Virus record (IMG/VR): IMGVR_UViG_3300001528_000580
Span: 32,001 to 96,000 of that record
Strand: one strand, 5' to 3'
DNA length: 64,000 bases
DNA from: a virus
Lineage: Duplodnaviria > Caudoviricetes
Part shown: piece after piece, positions 23,592-37,263 of the stretch
How positions within the stretch are numbered: position 1 is the stretch's first letter
Layout: each line of letters opens with the position of its first letter
Translations under genes and position numbers: made by a program
Notes under the pieces: model-generated
The model's database searches: none
Told to the model about the DNA's origin: nothing
The model's input: only the letters and a program-made list of their open reading frames with translations

Positions 23592-24591
23592 ATGAATAAA
23601 AAGATATTTAATGACAGAGTTGATGAAATTATAAATAAATTAGATGATAAAGGTAACGCTAAATTAAAAGCATTGAAAATAAAAGAATCATTTTTAAAAT
23701 ATTATGATTTTGATAGATTAAGTAATATAAATATATTCAGCAACATTAGGAATAATGGAATATATTTTGAGTGGAATTTCAATGAATGTCAAATTGTATT
23801 AGACTGTGAATGTAATGAAGATATTATACCGTTAGAAGAATACCATAAAGATAATGGTACTATAACAATATCTAATATTAAAATAAATCTTTTAGGAATA
23901 AAATTACTTAATAGAATATTATTAGATAAACATAAAAACAATGGATGAAAATATGAATAAAAAAGAATTTTGTGATAGAATAGATTTTATAGCAATAAAT
24001 CTAAAACAAACAAAAAACATTAAAGAACATTGTGAAAAGATAAAAGAATTATTTGTAGAAAATTATGACTTTGATCAATTATCTGATATATATGTATATG
24101 GTAATTTAACAGAAGATGGTATACAATTTGAATGGGATATTGATGAATATAAAATTGAATTAGATTGTTCAATAGAAAATAATATTTTAAATCTTGAATC
24201 ATATCATGAAGAGCTTGGAATAACAGATATTGCAAAATTTCAGTTAAATAAAACTGGCATAGGATATTTAAATAGAATTTTGTTAGATGCAAACACAAAA
24301 TATATTTTAAAGTATAATGGTGTATATGGAAGAAAAGAAAGTTTTATATTATTGAATAAAGAACATTTTATCAATAAAGTAAAAAGTATAAATAATGAAT
24401 TTGGTATATTCTTTGGAGAAATTGAAGTATTATTTAATAATGGAAATGATTTATTAAATTATATTAGTTTTGAAAAGATAAATGATAACGATAATATTGA
24501 TTTTGCTAAATATGGAATATTCTGTATGAAACAATCATGTTTTTATGAACAATTAAGAGAAATAATAAATAGGAATGAATATGTTAAATGA
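23592..24591 (+). CDS. tandem paralog pair of hypothetical proteins (23592-23948, 23941-24591)
   Basis: Shared KIKE...YDFDxLS...GIxFEW...IxLDC...LNRILLD. Confidence 0.7.
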
Positions 24592-26581
24592 ACAATATGA
24601 TTTAAAACAAATACCATTTAATAAAGATGTTTTGGTAATTGATATATATGGAACTTATGATGTAGGTTTTTTTACAATGCATAAAGATAATCAACATTTA
24701 TTGTTTAATAGTTATATGTTTGGATTAAGATTTTGGGGAACAGATGAATATAGTTGTAAATATATTAAATTAATGGATGATATTATAGATGATTATAAAA
24801 TGGTATTAGATGATAATATCAATATAATTGATGATAATAATTTTATTGCAAAAATGAATAGTCATTATTTAAAATTTAATATTGGTGAAAAAACATATAA
24901 ACTCATAGAAATAGATGATAAAAAAGTTGAATTAGATGAAATATTACTTAGCGAAATACCAAATGAAGATAAAAACAATTTTCATTATTACGCTTGGTTA
25001 TATATAAAATATAAGAATAAATATATTAGAAAATACTTGGAGAAAATATAATGTTTGCATTTTTCAAAAAAATAGATAAAAATAATAAAATAGATTGGAA
25101 TAAAGAAACAACTATAATTAGATATAAAAAGGCAGAAGAGAAAACAATTGATGAATTAAAGAATGAACTTGATATATTATTAGATGATTGGTCATTAGAA
25201 AGAATAAATAAAAATAAAGAAAAAAATCAAAAAATATTTTTTGACGGATTTAATATAGCATTAAAAACTTTCTTAGAAAAATGTGCAATCAATTTAGATA
25301 CAATGGTTATGACTGCAGATAAACAATTTAAAAATATATTTACAAGAGACTTATTGAATACAAAGGAAGTAACAGATTTTTTAAATGGGTATGGGGTGAA
25401 GTTTATTGATGTATATTATGATGATATTAATTATAAACCATTTAGTGTAATTATTAGTCTTGATATATCTAGATTAAAGATAAAAGGAAATATAAATGGA
25501 TAGAATTAGTATAACTGATGAATGCTACATTGTGTCAGGATTAATTGAAGGTAACTCTATTGATTTTGTTGTCAATTATAGAGATTCATATATACAAATT
25601 ATTAATATAAACGGAAAGCCTGTCAATATAGAACTAATGCACTTTGATAAAAAAATACCATGTGATATTTATAAAAGAGTGGAATATTATATTTTACAAA
25701 GAATAGATAAAATAAAGGAGTATTTTAATGAATGTATTAAATCTAAAATTTGATGATGATATAAAAAATAAGTTTAATAGTTATCAACAACCATTGCATG
25801 TATATGTAATATCTAAAATATATAATAAACGCAAGTATTATGTAATTAATGTAGATCATAAAGATTATAATATTGATTTCTTATTAAGAAATATAGAAGA
25901 TTCTTTTAAATTATTACACTTTTATAACAATAGTTCAAAACAACCTTTATTTGGTTGTATAGAGTCAGATTTGGATAGTGAACAAGGTCAATTATTTTTG
26001 AAATATGTAAAACAATAGACCCAACATGGCAAATTGAAAGAATGAATTTCTTTTGGTTTAAAAGAATGCCAAATTATTGTATTATAAATGGAATTGAAAA
26101 GTCAGAGTTTGAGATAGAATTTTTTATGGAAAAAGATAATTCATTTGATATTGATATAATATGTGATGATAATAAATATAATGTTAAAGAACATGTTATG
26201 GAAAAAACAGATAATATTGATTGTTATGTACCATATATTATTTATTGTAAAAACAATCATGCTTATTATAGTTTTAATATATCAGAAAATATCGAAATGG
26301 GAGATTTTTGGGATTATTATACGAGTGATAATAATCGAGAATGTATTTCAAATGAAGATGAGATAATAAAATTGTATGGTAATAAAAAGATGGAGTCATC
26401 TTATATTATTGAAAAAATGATTAATGAAGTAAAATTATATTTAAAAGATAATGAAGATATTGAAATACACTTATTAAAAGAAATAGATTATAAAATCGTA
26501 GATATTGGAAAAATAGAATATGATGATATTAAATCAACAATAGGTGAATTAGATGATAGATATAAATCATTATATTTATAA
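24575..26581 (+). CDS. five hypothetical proteins (24575-25051, 25051-25503, 25496-25753, 25728-26018, 26042-26581)
   Basis: Overlapping/coupled ORFs. Confidence 0.55.
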
Positions 26582-26904
26582 TAATTATCTTGAAAAGACA
26601 GTTTGAATTATATTATGATATATTTAAATAATAAATAATCAATATTATATTTTTTTATATTAAAGTGATTAATGGAATACAAAAACATTAATCACTTTTT
26701 TTAACATATTTTTTGTGCTATAAAATTCGCATCTATATATAATATATAGAACTTAGCACTATAGATAAATTTTTGTTTCACTTTTTAACCCTATATCTAT
26801 AAATTTTTTTGTTATTTTTTATTAAAAAAATGCTGCCGCCGAGTAAGTTTTTTTCAAAAAAATTTTTTTCAGAAAAATGAAATTTTGTAAAAAAATGTCA
26901 AAAA

Positions 26905-27184
26905 ATGCATTTTTATGCATCTTAATAAAAATGGGTAAAATCAGGTTTTAAAATGATGCATAATAAAAGTAACTGATTGTTTCTGGTTTTTGAAGATGCA
27001 TCATATTAGGGTTATTATGCATCTTAATATTTTGTATTTGATTTAAAACAAATATGATGCATGAAAAACAATTATTATGCATCATATTTAAATGGATTAG
27101 TTTATAATTAAATATGATGCATAATAAGATATATAAAGATGAATCATTTAAAAATTGGATTCCATTGGATTATTTGGGTTGCAT
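26905..27184. repeat. phased iteron-like repeats (TTATTATGCATCWTA and reverse complement)
   Basis: ATGCAT cores at 26905, 26915, 26956, 26996, 27017, 27057, 27077, 27117 in non-coding DNA. Confidence 0.75.
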
Positions 27185-27278
27185 CTTATTCAATATTATT
27201 ATCGATAATAATATCTATATATATTGTCTTTATTTATAACAAAAAATAAGGGGTAATTATATCCCTTATTTGTGTATT

Positions 27279-27904
27279 TTAAACTTCAATGATGTTTTCT
27301 TGACTTATAATAAACCTTGCTTTTGTTGATGTGCTATAACAATCACCGCTTTTTGTAATTACATTAGTATGTAAATATTTTCCTCTACTGTCACCAATAT
27401 AATTAAATATATCCTTTATTTCTTTAATGTCTTCTAAAGGGATAATAATGCTTGGAGACATATTTGTCATGCTATCATCAAATGTGATATTTTTCAAATT
27501 TTGGTAAACTTGTTTGATAACAAGAAATTTCATAGTTATTCTCCGATTTTATTTTGTTGTTGTATATATTTAGGGTTTAACCTGTTTTGTGTTATTTCCC
27601 ATACTCTAAATAACAGGATTTCATTGTTATCATCATCAGTATAGTATATATTTAATGCTTTATTTACAAAGCCATTGGCAACACTGGATACAGACACAGG
27701 TTTATTGCTTCTAATGCCTTTTATATAAGCATTGTCAGGTATGCCTACTTGTTCTAACGCACCAAGTAATATTTTTCTATTAGAAAATACTCCTAATAGC
27801 TCACCTTTGTTGTTTTGCTTTGAAGCAACATATACCCTTCTTGCATCAGGAGCACCAACAAGAAGTTCAAAAACTTCATTTTTGATAATTTCGTTTTCTT
27901 TCAT
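27279..27904 (-). CDS. two hypothetical proteins (27536-27904, 27279-27533)
   Basis: Minus-strand ORFs with AAGGAG/GGAG RBS. Confidence 0.6.
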
Positions 27905-28152
27905 TCTAATACTCCTTTTCTAAATATACTATACATCAATAATTGAAAAATACAAGGGTTATTATATTATATTTTTGGTATTTTATATGGATGATAAAAA
28001 TTATAATTATATTATTATCGATAATAATATAAAAACATATTTGCGTATAGATAAAAAATGAAAAAAGTTTTATTTTAACTTGAAAAATCATTATTTTGGT
28101 GTATAGTATATATAGTAACAAGGAAAACCACACTTAATAAAGGGAATGAAGC

Positions 28153-28515
28153 ATGAAAAATTCGATGGTTAAAATCAATGGTATTTCGGTTCGCAACAAT
28201 AACGCTATTCGCCGTAATCATGGAGTGAGGATTGATAGAACTATTGAAATGCCCGGAGTAGTACGGGTTATTTGTGGTACTTGTGAAGAAGGTGATTTGC
28301 CGATGTTGGCAGCTTGTGCCAGAGAAGAAAATAAACGTGCTGGAATGAATATGGCGGTAGGTTTCTTTAGAAGTAATCGTCCCTTGTCGGATGAAGAAGC
28401 AGCTCTTTGGGCAATGCAACATGGACATGCAGGGTTGATTCAGAAACGTTTTCTTGGCAATCGTGAAAACGTGCGGACAATTGAAAATCGGAATATGTGT
28501 TTTATTGAAGAATAA
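28153..28515 (+). CDS. hypothetical protein (array unit)
   Basis: Own promoter (28080), AAAGGGA RBS and terminator. Confidence 0.65.
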   Translation: MKNSMVKINGISVRNNNAIRRNHGVRIDRTIEMPGVVRVICGTCEEGDLPMLAACAREENKRAGMNMAVGFFRSNRPLSDEEAALWAMQHGHAGLIQKRFLGNRENVRTIENRNMCFIEE

Positions 28516-28758
28516 ACAATATGATAAATAGAGTAGCATAAAAACCTACTCTATTTTTTTATATTTTTCTTTAGTCTTAATCTTATTATAATTATCGATA
28601 ATAATATAATCTTATTTTTATTTATTTGATACATATTATATTTGAAAAATTGTATTGATAAAAAGTCGAATAATTTTTTAAAATTAGCTTGCAAAATTAG
28701 AAAATAGTGGTATAGTATATATTAAAGGAAAGAGAACTCAAAACAAGGAGGATATAAA

Positions 28759-29184
28759 ATGTTAAACAGGTTTTTGAGGGGATTAAATTGGGCGATGATT
28801 CCGTGCGGTATTGTCGGAATTATTTCAATTGGATTTTTGCTTCTTCTTGGAATTGGCTTCCTTGTGGTTGTGCATGGATTATTGTTCTCTTCAATGTTGG
28901 AAGGAAACACCAATATTTATTGTTTAATGATTGTTTTGGTATTTGATCCGACTATTTTACTTTTTTTATGGGGATGCTTTGGTAAAAAAGCATTATGGGT
29001 GTTTCCAATTATTTTACTTGTAATTGGTATTCTTAACATTAAAATTTTAATTGGAGCTTTAGGAGCTTTGGCATTTTTATACATTATAATTGCAGGAATT
29101 GCCGGAGCGGTTAATAATGGCAACAAACGTAATATTTTGGACAATACCAATATGGTTGATGCGCCTCGTCATAAAAGACGTTAA
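28759..29184 (+). CDS. multi-pass membrane protein (array unit)
   Basis: Four hydrophobic segments; AGGAGG RBS. Confidence 0.7.
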   Translation: MLNRFLRGLNWAMIPCGIVGIISIGFLLLLGIGFLVVVHGLLFSSMLEGNTNIYCLMIVLVFDPTILLFLWGCFGKKALWVFPIILLVIGILNIKILIGALGALAFLYIIIAGIAGAVNNGNKRNILDNTNMVDAPRHKRR

Positions 29185-29426
29185 TTATAAAACATTGAGT
29201 TGGTAAAATTTACCAACTCTTTTTTTGCTTGAAAGTTATATTAATATTTAAATATAATTATCGATAATAATATACATGTTGTAGTTGTATATATGGATAT
29301 ATTTAAATGAATAAAAAAATAATCTGATTTTTTTGAATCTTGACTTGTATTTTTCTAAATGTGGTGTATAGTAAACAATGTAACAGGGAAAGCAACAACT
29401 ACAATAAAGAATGAAAGGTTAAGAGA

Positions 29427-29981
29427 ATGGATAACAAGAAGTTTGAAATGCTTATCAATTTGATTGATGAACTTGATGACTTTGAAATTACCAGTATTGA
29501 AAATTTGCAGAAGGCACGTGAAAGAGAAAAACTCTATGATGATATGCGCCGGAAAATGGTTAACAAACTTTTTGATTTTGAGTATAAAGAATGTGAATGC
29601 AAAGTTCATTTTAGCGTTAGTAAATCCTATCAAATGATTCATGCTGTGTTGAAACTGTTGAAAAACAATAATGAACAAATTACTTTAACAGAATTGTCCA
29701 AAATTTGTAAATGCAGTCTTTCGGATATTTACAACTTCTTTAATTTCAGTAAATATAATTGCAGTAATTTTGAAAATCATATTATTGCACCACCTTTTGC
29801 TAAACATAAAAAAGAAGAAAAATGTAGGAATATGGAACATGTTTTGAATATAGCTAAACAGTATAAAGGAGGAATTACACTTTCAGCGTTAACAGAAAAA
29901 AGCGGTTTGAGCTATGCAACTGTATCAAAATTTGCAAGGGAAAATAAGGAGATTGCAGAACACATTAAATACTTGAATTAA
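29427..29981 (+). CDS. HTH DNA-binding protein, paralog of 50920-51339
   Basis: ITLTELSKICKCS and ITLSALTEKSGLSYATVSKF HTH-like segments. Confidence 0.6.
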   Translation: MDNKKFEMLINLIDELDDFEITSIENLQKAREREKLYDDMRRKMVNKLFDFEYKECECKVHFSVSKSYQMIHAVLKLLKNNNEQITLTELSKICKCSLSDIYNFFNFSKYNCSNFENHIIAPPFAKHKKEEKCRNMEHVLNIAKQYKGGITLSALTEKSGLSYATVSKFARENKEIAEHIKYLN

Positions 29982-30046
29982 ATCTTGATTCATTTAAACA
30001 ACACAAAAAAAACAACTACACAAAACGATAGAAGGGACTTAGAAAA

Positions 30047-32754
30047 ATGGGTGTTGTGAATAGTTTTGCTTCCAAGTTCAAGACGATTAACAAGCACAAT
30101 GTGGAAAACATCGTTAAAATTGCGGAGTTGTATAAAAACTCCGGTGCAACCGTGAAAGAATGGCATGAAGAATTTCCCTGTTACAATACAAGGTGGTGGA
30201 ATATCATTCGCCTTGTTTCCCAAAACAAGGTTGACGCAAGGTTGGCTTTGTACCGTGCGCCGAGTGTTCAGTTCATTATGAAAATGCCGTTGAAAAAGCA
30301 AAAAGCGATTCTTGACAATCCTTTCATTGAAGTTTACAATCCTCAAACTGGAGATTTTGAAAAAGCAAGTATCTTCCGGCTGAACCGTGTTCTTTGCAAG
30401 GTTGCATTGAATATTGAATATGATTTTGATGAAGATGATTCTGATGAACGTGTAAATGTTTACTATGATGAAGCGGAACAGAAAAGCCGTTATAATAGCT
30501 TGAAAGAATCCGAAAAAGAAATTTTTCTTTCTGAACTTCATGAATATAACATTTCGCAAGGTTATGATAACGAAGGCAATTTGCAGTTTGAAAAAGAAGG
30601 CGTTATTATCACGGTTCCTGAAGTGAAGGCAATGAATAATTATATTCATCATTATAACAGGTTTGGCGAATAATCAAATATAGGCAAGGGAAAATTCCCC
30701 CTTGCCTTTTTATTTTTATATTATGCTGTTATAATTATATATTATTATCGATAATAATATATGATAATATTAGCGTTATTATCACTTTTTAGTATGACAA
30801 ATTTTTTTGTTATTTTTTCTATTTTATACTTGTAAAATCATTATTTTGGTGTATAATACTATATAGAAAAGGGAGTTCTAAGAATGATGAAGAAGATTAC
30901 AAAAAAGGCTGTAAATGACTTCGTTAAAAACGAATTGAGAACTAATGATAAATGGGCTGTTCGAGCTTTGATTCGTATTTATGAATTTCAAACTTCTGAT
31001 GAAAAGAATACCAATACGACCAATGAATCTAATAATGTTGGTTTTACTGGCTTTGATGCAGAATTGCTTTCCAGTTTTGCGAAACAGTATATTGCTTGTA
31101 AGCATTTGAGCATTCGGCAAATGGATATTGTTAAAGAACGGATTCCCAAATACTGGCGGCAAATTATTAATATTGCTGGTGGTCATGATAAATTCCATAG
31201 ATTTATGGTTGGTGGTGATTTGTTTAACAAATAAGAATGGTGATAAAATATGTTTGAACTTGTTGAAACTATTGATTATCGTGGTTGTATTATTACTATT
31301 GAACGTGATAATATTGAAAATTATGGTTATTCGGAACGTACTAAGAAAAATAATCCGTATGTATATAGTTATTCCTATAAGACAGATAACTATAATGCTT
31401 CTGATGGGCGTGTTTTTGTAAAGAAAGAAACTGCAATTGTCAATGCCAAATATGATATTGATAATTACCTTGAAAAAGAAGAAGAACCTACTTCTGGAAA
31501 GTATTATTTTGATATTGAGCATAAAAGCACTGGTGGTTTTATGTCGGTTGATTATTGTGAAGGAATTATTAAAATTGGAACTGATGAAGTTTTGAAAGTT
31601 CCTATGAAATATCATAGTGCTTGTAAAAATGTTTGTGAATTTATTGTGGATAAGTTAAATAAACTTAAATATATTGAAAACATATGTCAAAATAACGTTG
31701 AAGTATTATCAGATGATATTTTGAAAGTTTTGAAACAATAAAGGATATGAAATATGGATTGTCCGAAGTGCGGTAAAAAGTTGGGTGTTGCTCCTATGTC
31801 AATGTGCCTTAACAAACAGGATAACGAAAAAAAGCTGTTTTGCTGGGGTTGCATGAAATTGCATTACAAAAGTGATTTGCAATCAAAGAAATTACACGAA
31901 CAGGGATATTTCAAAAAACATTAAATAGCACAAAATTACTATAAATAGTGTCAAGTGTTACTATAGTATTAAAAACACTTTTTGAATAGCACAAAATTAC
32001 TATTGTGCTATTTTTTATTTATGTGAAACCATTGATATATTTAATATTATTATCGATAATAATATATAAATCTAGTTATAAAAAAGTTGTGTTTTTTATA
32101 CTTATATGACTTGAAAAAATATATTTTAGGTGTATAGTAATAATGGTTAAAGGGAAAATAAGTATAGGAAACTTTCATTATGAAAATTGTTGAATGGTAT
32201 ATTTATTCTACTATCAATAACGAGCAAATTGGTGAAACATACGAGTGTGAAAGTATGTGCGAAGATGAAGTAATGGACAAACTTATTTCTGATTATGGTT
32301 ATCCACGTGAAATCTATATTAAGAAGAATGATTCTTGGGAGGAATAAAAATGAATAAAGTTTTCAACTTGGTTCATGTTAACTTGAAGGTCGAATTTATT
32401 ACTGATGAATCCGGCGGTATTGTTAAGAAGAATTGGGAAATTCATAACTATAATGTTATTATTGAAAATACCAATAATACCAAACGGTATACTGCTGGTG
32501 GTTATAAAGGTAATGAACGTTATCTGGTTGCTGGTTATGGTGCTTATAGCATTAAGGCAGAAAATGTTAATAAAGTTTTTTCTTCCGTTGCCGGAAACAT
32601 GGTTTATGTTTCTGTTGATATTATTGAAAATAAAGGCAAAAGAGTTAATCATTTTGAGCTTAAAAAGAAACTTGAGCAAGAAGCATTGAATAAACTCCTT
32701 GAACGTCATCAATATTACCTTGACTTTGCTAGCTTCTTCAGAAACGCAGAATAA
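30047..32754 (+). CDS. hypothetical array proteins (30047-30673, 30884-31234, 31250-31741, 31754-31924 small CxxC/CxxC protein, 32335-32754)
   Basis: ORFs with RBS between promoters and terminators; 31754 reads MDCPKCGKK...FCWGC. Confidence 0.6.
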
Positions 32755-33863
32755 AATATTATTACAGAAAGTTGAAATATACTTTCTGTTTTTGTTTTTA
32801 TTTTTATGCCGAATAGATAAATATTATTATCGATAATAATATCTATTTACTTATATTAACGGAGAATAATCAGGAGAGACAAATAAAAAATTGAAATTTC
32901 TTCGTTTTATAACTTGAAAAAAATATTAATTGTGATATAGTATATTACAACTAAATGAAAGGGATAACAATGAAATTTCTTCGGAAAATTACTTATAATT
33001 TCAAAAATGCAGTTATTGCTATTTTTATGATTCTTATTACTTTTTTGTTTGTGTATGTGAAATACTGGTGGACAAAAGAAGCACTTTCCGATATTGCAGG
33101 AAGAGAAGTAAAAACAACAACGGTTCTTTGGTCAATATTTAAGGAGAATTGAAAATGAAGAAAGAAGCAATTGTTGATTTTAACAAATTGTCTAAATGGG
33201 GATTGATTGTTGAAATTAACAAAAAAGTTCTTCATCCGCTCGGTTTAGCTTTGAGCTATAATGACAATGGAAAATCAAAGGGAGCGATTATTTCCGATGA
33301 TTATATATGGGAATATGGCAAAGATACAGTGAAAAAACATAAAAAGTTGAAAAAGAAATTTGCCAAAAACAGAAAGAAAATTTTAGGTTCACTTTTGAAG
33401 AAAAAGAAAAAGTAAATCAAATATTAAGCAAGTTGAAATATACTTGTTTTTTTATTTTTATCATATCATTGTTTAACTAATATATTGTTATCGATAATAA
33501 TATTTCTCTTCATAATAAAAAATGTATTTTTTATATTTTTGCTCTTGACTTTTTACAAAATGAGATTATATTAATAAGTAGAAATAAAAGTTATGTCCAT
33601 GATAAAATAAAGGTTTTTTATATGGATAAAGAAACTATGAAAAAAGTAAATGAACTTTTGTTATCTGCTCCGAAACCTACAATTAAAGAACTTGCCGAAC
33701 TTGTTATTTGGGCAGGTTATAAACTTCCTTCGCCTAAAATTAAAGAAGGTCAGTTTGATTTTAAGAAAAAAAAGAGAAATAGAAAGATTATCGCTTGAAT
33801 TTCTTTGTTTTTGTGCTATATTATAATTAGTAACAGAAAAACAACCACTAAAGGAGTTTAATC

Positions 33864-34082
33864 ATGGAAGACCTCAAATTTCAATATATGATGCTTGGAC
33901 GGCTTAAAAGCGATTGTGATTATTTCTTGGGATTTGGTGGAAGAAGTGAACGCCGCCTTTGGGCAGGTAATGTAAAAGACCAGATCAAAGAAATGAAAGA
34001 ACGGTGGAACAGGTTGGAAGTAAAACCGGAATGGTTGACTATGGAACAAATAGAAGAATATGAAAGACAGATGACAGCGTGA
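33864..34082 (+). CDS. LPD11-like (large polyvalent protein-associated domain 11) protein
   Basis: FQYMMLGRLKSDCDYFLG...LWAG...QI.EM...W...KPEWLTMEQIEEYE pattern. Confidence 0.75.
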   Translation: MEDLKFQYMMLGRLKSDCDYFLGFGGRSERRLWAGNVKDQIKEMKERWNRLEVKPEWLTMEQIEEYERQMTA

Positions 34083-34289
34083 TTATATAAGGCAGTTGAA
34101 ATATACTGCCTTTTTCTTTTTATTATTCTTAGATAATATAATATATTATTATCGATAACAATAGATATTGTTGCAATTCTTCATTGAAAAATAATTAAAA
34201 ATTTTTGTTGTATCTCCTTGAAATTTTTATGTTTTATTGTATATTATAAACAGTTACCAGTAAAACAACCAATAAATACAGGAATTGAA

Positions 34290-34817
34290 ATGAAAGCGCA
34301 GAATGTTGTTGAAGCTGTCAAATTTTTTCTTGAAAAGGGAGAATCCAAAGAGGAAATTATTGATTGCCTGAAATTAACAACTTTGGAATTTGAATTGGTT
34401 GAATTGATTGTTTCACAAGAGGAAAAGCTGGTTAACCGTAGTTTAATATCGGAACCAGTAAAATCAAATTTTTCTGATGAATTATCACGTTTTATCTTGA
34501 TGAATAGTTGTAAATATACCTACAATGATTTGGTAATAAAATTTAACAAATCATATCAAACTATTTATCAACAGATTCACAAGCTGAATTTGAGTGTTCA
34601 TATTCTTAGTGGTAAAAGAGTAACACAACGCACTGGAATTATAGCTGATTTGGTAGCTTTTGTCAATAAAAACAAACATAAATACACAGAAAAAGAACTT
34701 GCAGAACTGTTTGGATTGCCGCTTAATAGAGTAAAAACATCATTAGCAAATGCTGATATGCGTCAGTATATTAAAGGCACTTATGGAAAACCAATGAAAA
34801 CAAGCATCAGAAAATAA
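34290..34817 (+). CDS. multi-HTH protein
   Basis: YTYNDLVIKFNKSYQTIY and YTEKELAELFGLPLNRVK. Confidence 0.55.
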   Translation: MKAQNVVEAVKFFLEKGESKEEIIDCLKLTTLEFELVELIVSQEEKLVNRSLISEPVKSNFSDELSRFILMNSCKYTYNDLVIKFNKSYQTIYQQIHKLNLSVHILSGKRVTQRTGIIADLVAFVNKNKHKYTEKELAELFGLPLNRVKTSLANADMRQYIKGTYGKPMKTSIRK

Positions 34818-35008
34818 GTTCAAAAATAGTAGGTAATTTACATTACCTACTATTTATATTTATTGTTATAGGTTGAATTAATATATTATTATCAATAATA
34901 ATATATATTCACAATAAATAAAAACATAATTTTTTCAAATTCAGACTTGTATTTTTATGTTTATGTGGTATAGTATAATAAAGGCAAAAACCACACAATA
35001 TAAAGGGA

Positions 35009-36730
35009 ATGAATATGTTGTTGACTTACGAACAGCTTCCGCAGGAAACGAAAAATTTTATTGATGGTGTTGTTAATGCTATCAAAAAATATTTTCCCTA
35101 TTCCGATGTAGGTTATAAATTTTGGGCAGGTTTGGGAGAACCGAGTGTTCAATTTTATATTTACCTTTCAAAAGATGCTTCTGAATGTGCTAGCCGTATT
35201 CGGCGTAATGATGCGTTGAGAACTTACTTTGAAGTATACCTTAATAGTGATGGTTCTCTCAATGGGGATAAAACAGTAATACAACTTATTACTGGTGGTT
35301 TCTGTATGCGTATTGCAGACAAAAATATTCCGAAGGAAAAGTTTTGTGTATATGGTAGTGTAAAACTTCCATTCCGCAAAATTACAGGAACTCCTGAAAA
35401 AATTATTGCAGGTATGGAAAAATGGGCGTTGAAAACTGCAACAATCTTGCTTGAAAATGCTGAAGCTATCAATGCCGGAACGATTAAGGGACTTTTCACT
35501 GTTCAAGATAAAGTAGTTATTTAATGAGGTTTTCAAATGGACAAGATTAAAGAACTTGAAAAAATCCTCGAAGAACTGAAAAAGTCAGACGGTTTAACTA
35601 TCATTTCTTATCATATCGGAAGTAAAGGAGAATATAAAACTGTTCAAGAAAATATTAAATTTGATGTTTTTGAAAGGAATGTCAATTTTAAGAAAGTTTC
35701 TTTATTTGACAGTTTGGATATTCATAATAAAATAATTGAACTTATCCAAAATGAAATCCAAAATTTGAAATAATATTTATAAAGGAATGTTATAAAATAC
35801 ATTCCTTTTTTCTTTGTATTTATATAAGCAATTAATTTATATTATTATGGATAATAATATATAAGCATTCATAATTTTTGTTTATTTTTTTGGAAATATG
35901 ATTTGATTTTTTTATTTTTTGTGATATAGTATAATAAAGGGAAAATAAAAATAAGAGGTATTAAAATGAATAAATCTGAAATTGAAAGAATCCTGAAAAG
36001 AGTTTGTGCTGATTATGAACTGGATTTTTCGGCAGATGACCAGTATTTTGATATTTATGTAACAAATTATAATGCCGATTCTTATGGCATTAACCATGTT
36101 GATACGCAGGTTTTTAATAAGCGTGGTTATGAACGCTTTGAAAGAGTGATGGATAACCTTCAGGTAAGATGTTCAAGTTATAATTTTGATGTTCTTTATG
36201 ACGTAAGCGGTTATGAATACTGGACAAAAGATATGCAGGAATCAAATTATATTTGCATTTCTATACTTATTCATAATTATGATGCAGATTTTTCCAAATT
36301 TGAGGAAGATTTGGATAAATTTATTTCCAATGTACAAGAAAAATATCGTGAAATCCTTTCGCATGACAGCTATATCCGTAAGGGATATGAAAGCTGTATT
36401 TGAAAAAATCGATAATTTTTCAATTTCATAACTTGTATTTTTTAGAAATGGTGATATAGTATAGTAAACAACCACAACAGGAGATACGAAATGAAAATTG
36501 AAGACATTGGACTTTACAAGCATGTAACAGGATTGATTGTCGCTGCAAATAAAAAAGTAGAGGTTCACGGCGATTATAAAGAAATTGCACGGTGGTTTCC
36601 TAATGAGGGAATCCAATGGAACATGAAACGCATTCCTGCCGATTGCAGAGCGCATATTGAATCGGTTTATAAAGCCGATTGCAAAGAAGCAAAAGAAAAA
36701 CAAGAGAAAAATAAATCGGATTCACAGTAA
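35009..36730 (+). CDS. hypothetical array proteins (35009-35524, 35537-35773, 35966-36403, 36491-36730)
   Basis: ORFs with own promoters/RBS. Confidence 0.6.
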
Positions 36731-36957
36731 TCAGAAAAATAAATCAAATTCAAGGTGGATTTTTCCACCTTATTTTTTTGTTTCATTATGTCAAAAAAAT
36801 ATATATTATTATGGATAATAATATATTATGATGTTTGTCATTGATAAAAAAATTCTAAAAAATATTGAAAAGGTACTTGAAAAATCATTGTAATGGTGTA
36901 TAGTATATTAAAGGCAGAAAGAAAAGCCTAAACGCAAAAATAAGGAAGGATCTGAAA

Positions 36958-37068
36958 ATGGGCAAAACCTACCGCAAGTCTGCAACTCTTGAAAACCGTA
37001 AAGCCAAGAATTTCAAGAAAGCAAAGGATGCCAAGCGGTTTAAAAACAAGAAATATGCTGACGATTAA
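36958..37068 (+). CDS. 36-aa basic peptide MGKTYRKS... (not in ORF track)
   Basis: AAGGAAGGA RBS and promoter upstream; N-terminus resembles 43756 MSRTFRKS. Confidence 0.55.
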   Translation: MGKTYRKSATLENRKAKNFKKAKDAKRFKNKKYADD

Positions 37069-37263
37069 AATAGTTTCAATCGGCTTTGGGGGTGATTGGA
37101 ACGTAAGATTGTCGATTTTGGAGATGTAACAAAAACAGTAAGTCTCAATTTCAGCAAATAGTCCACCGATTTCTATTTGTGGACTATTTTTATTTAACAA
37201 CTTGACTTTTTGGAGAGTAGTTATATAGTATATAATAATCAAAAAATGGATTAGCAAAAAATT

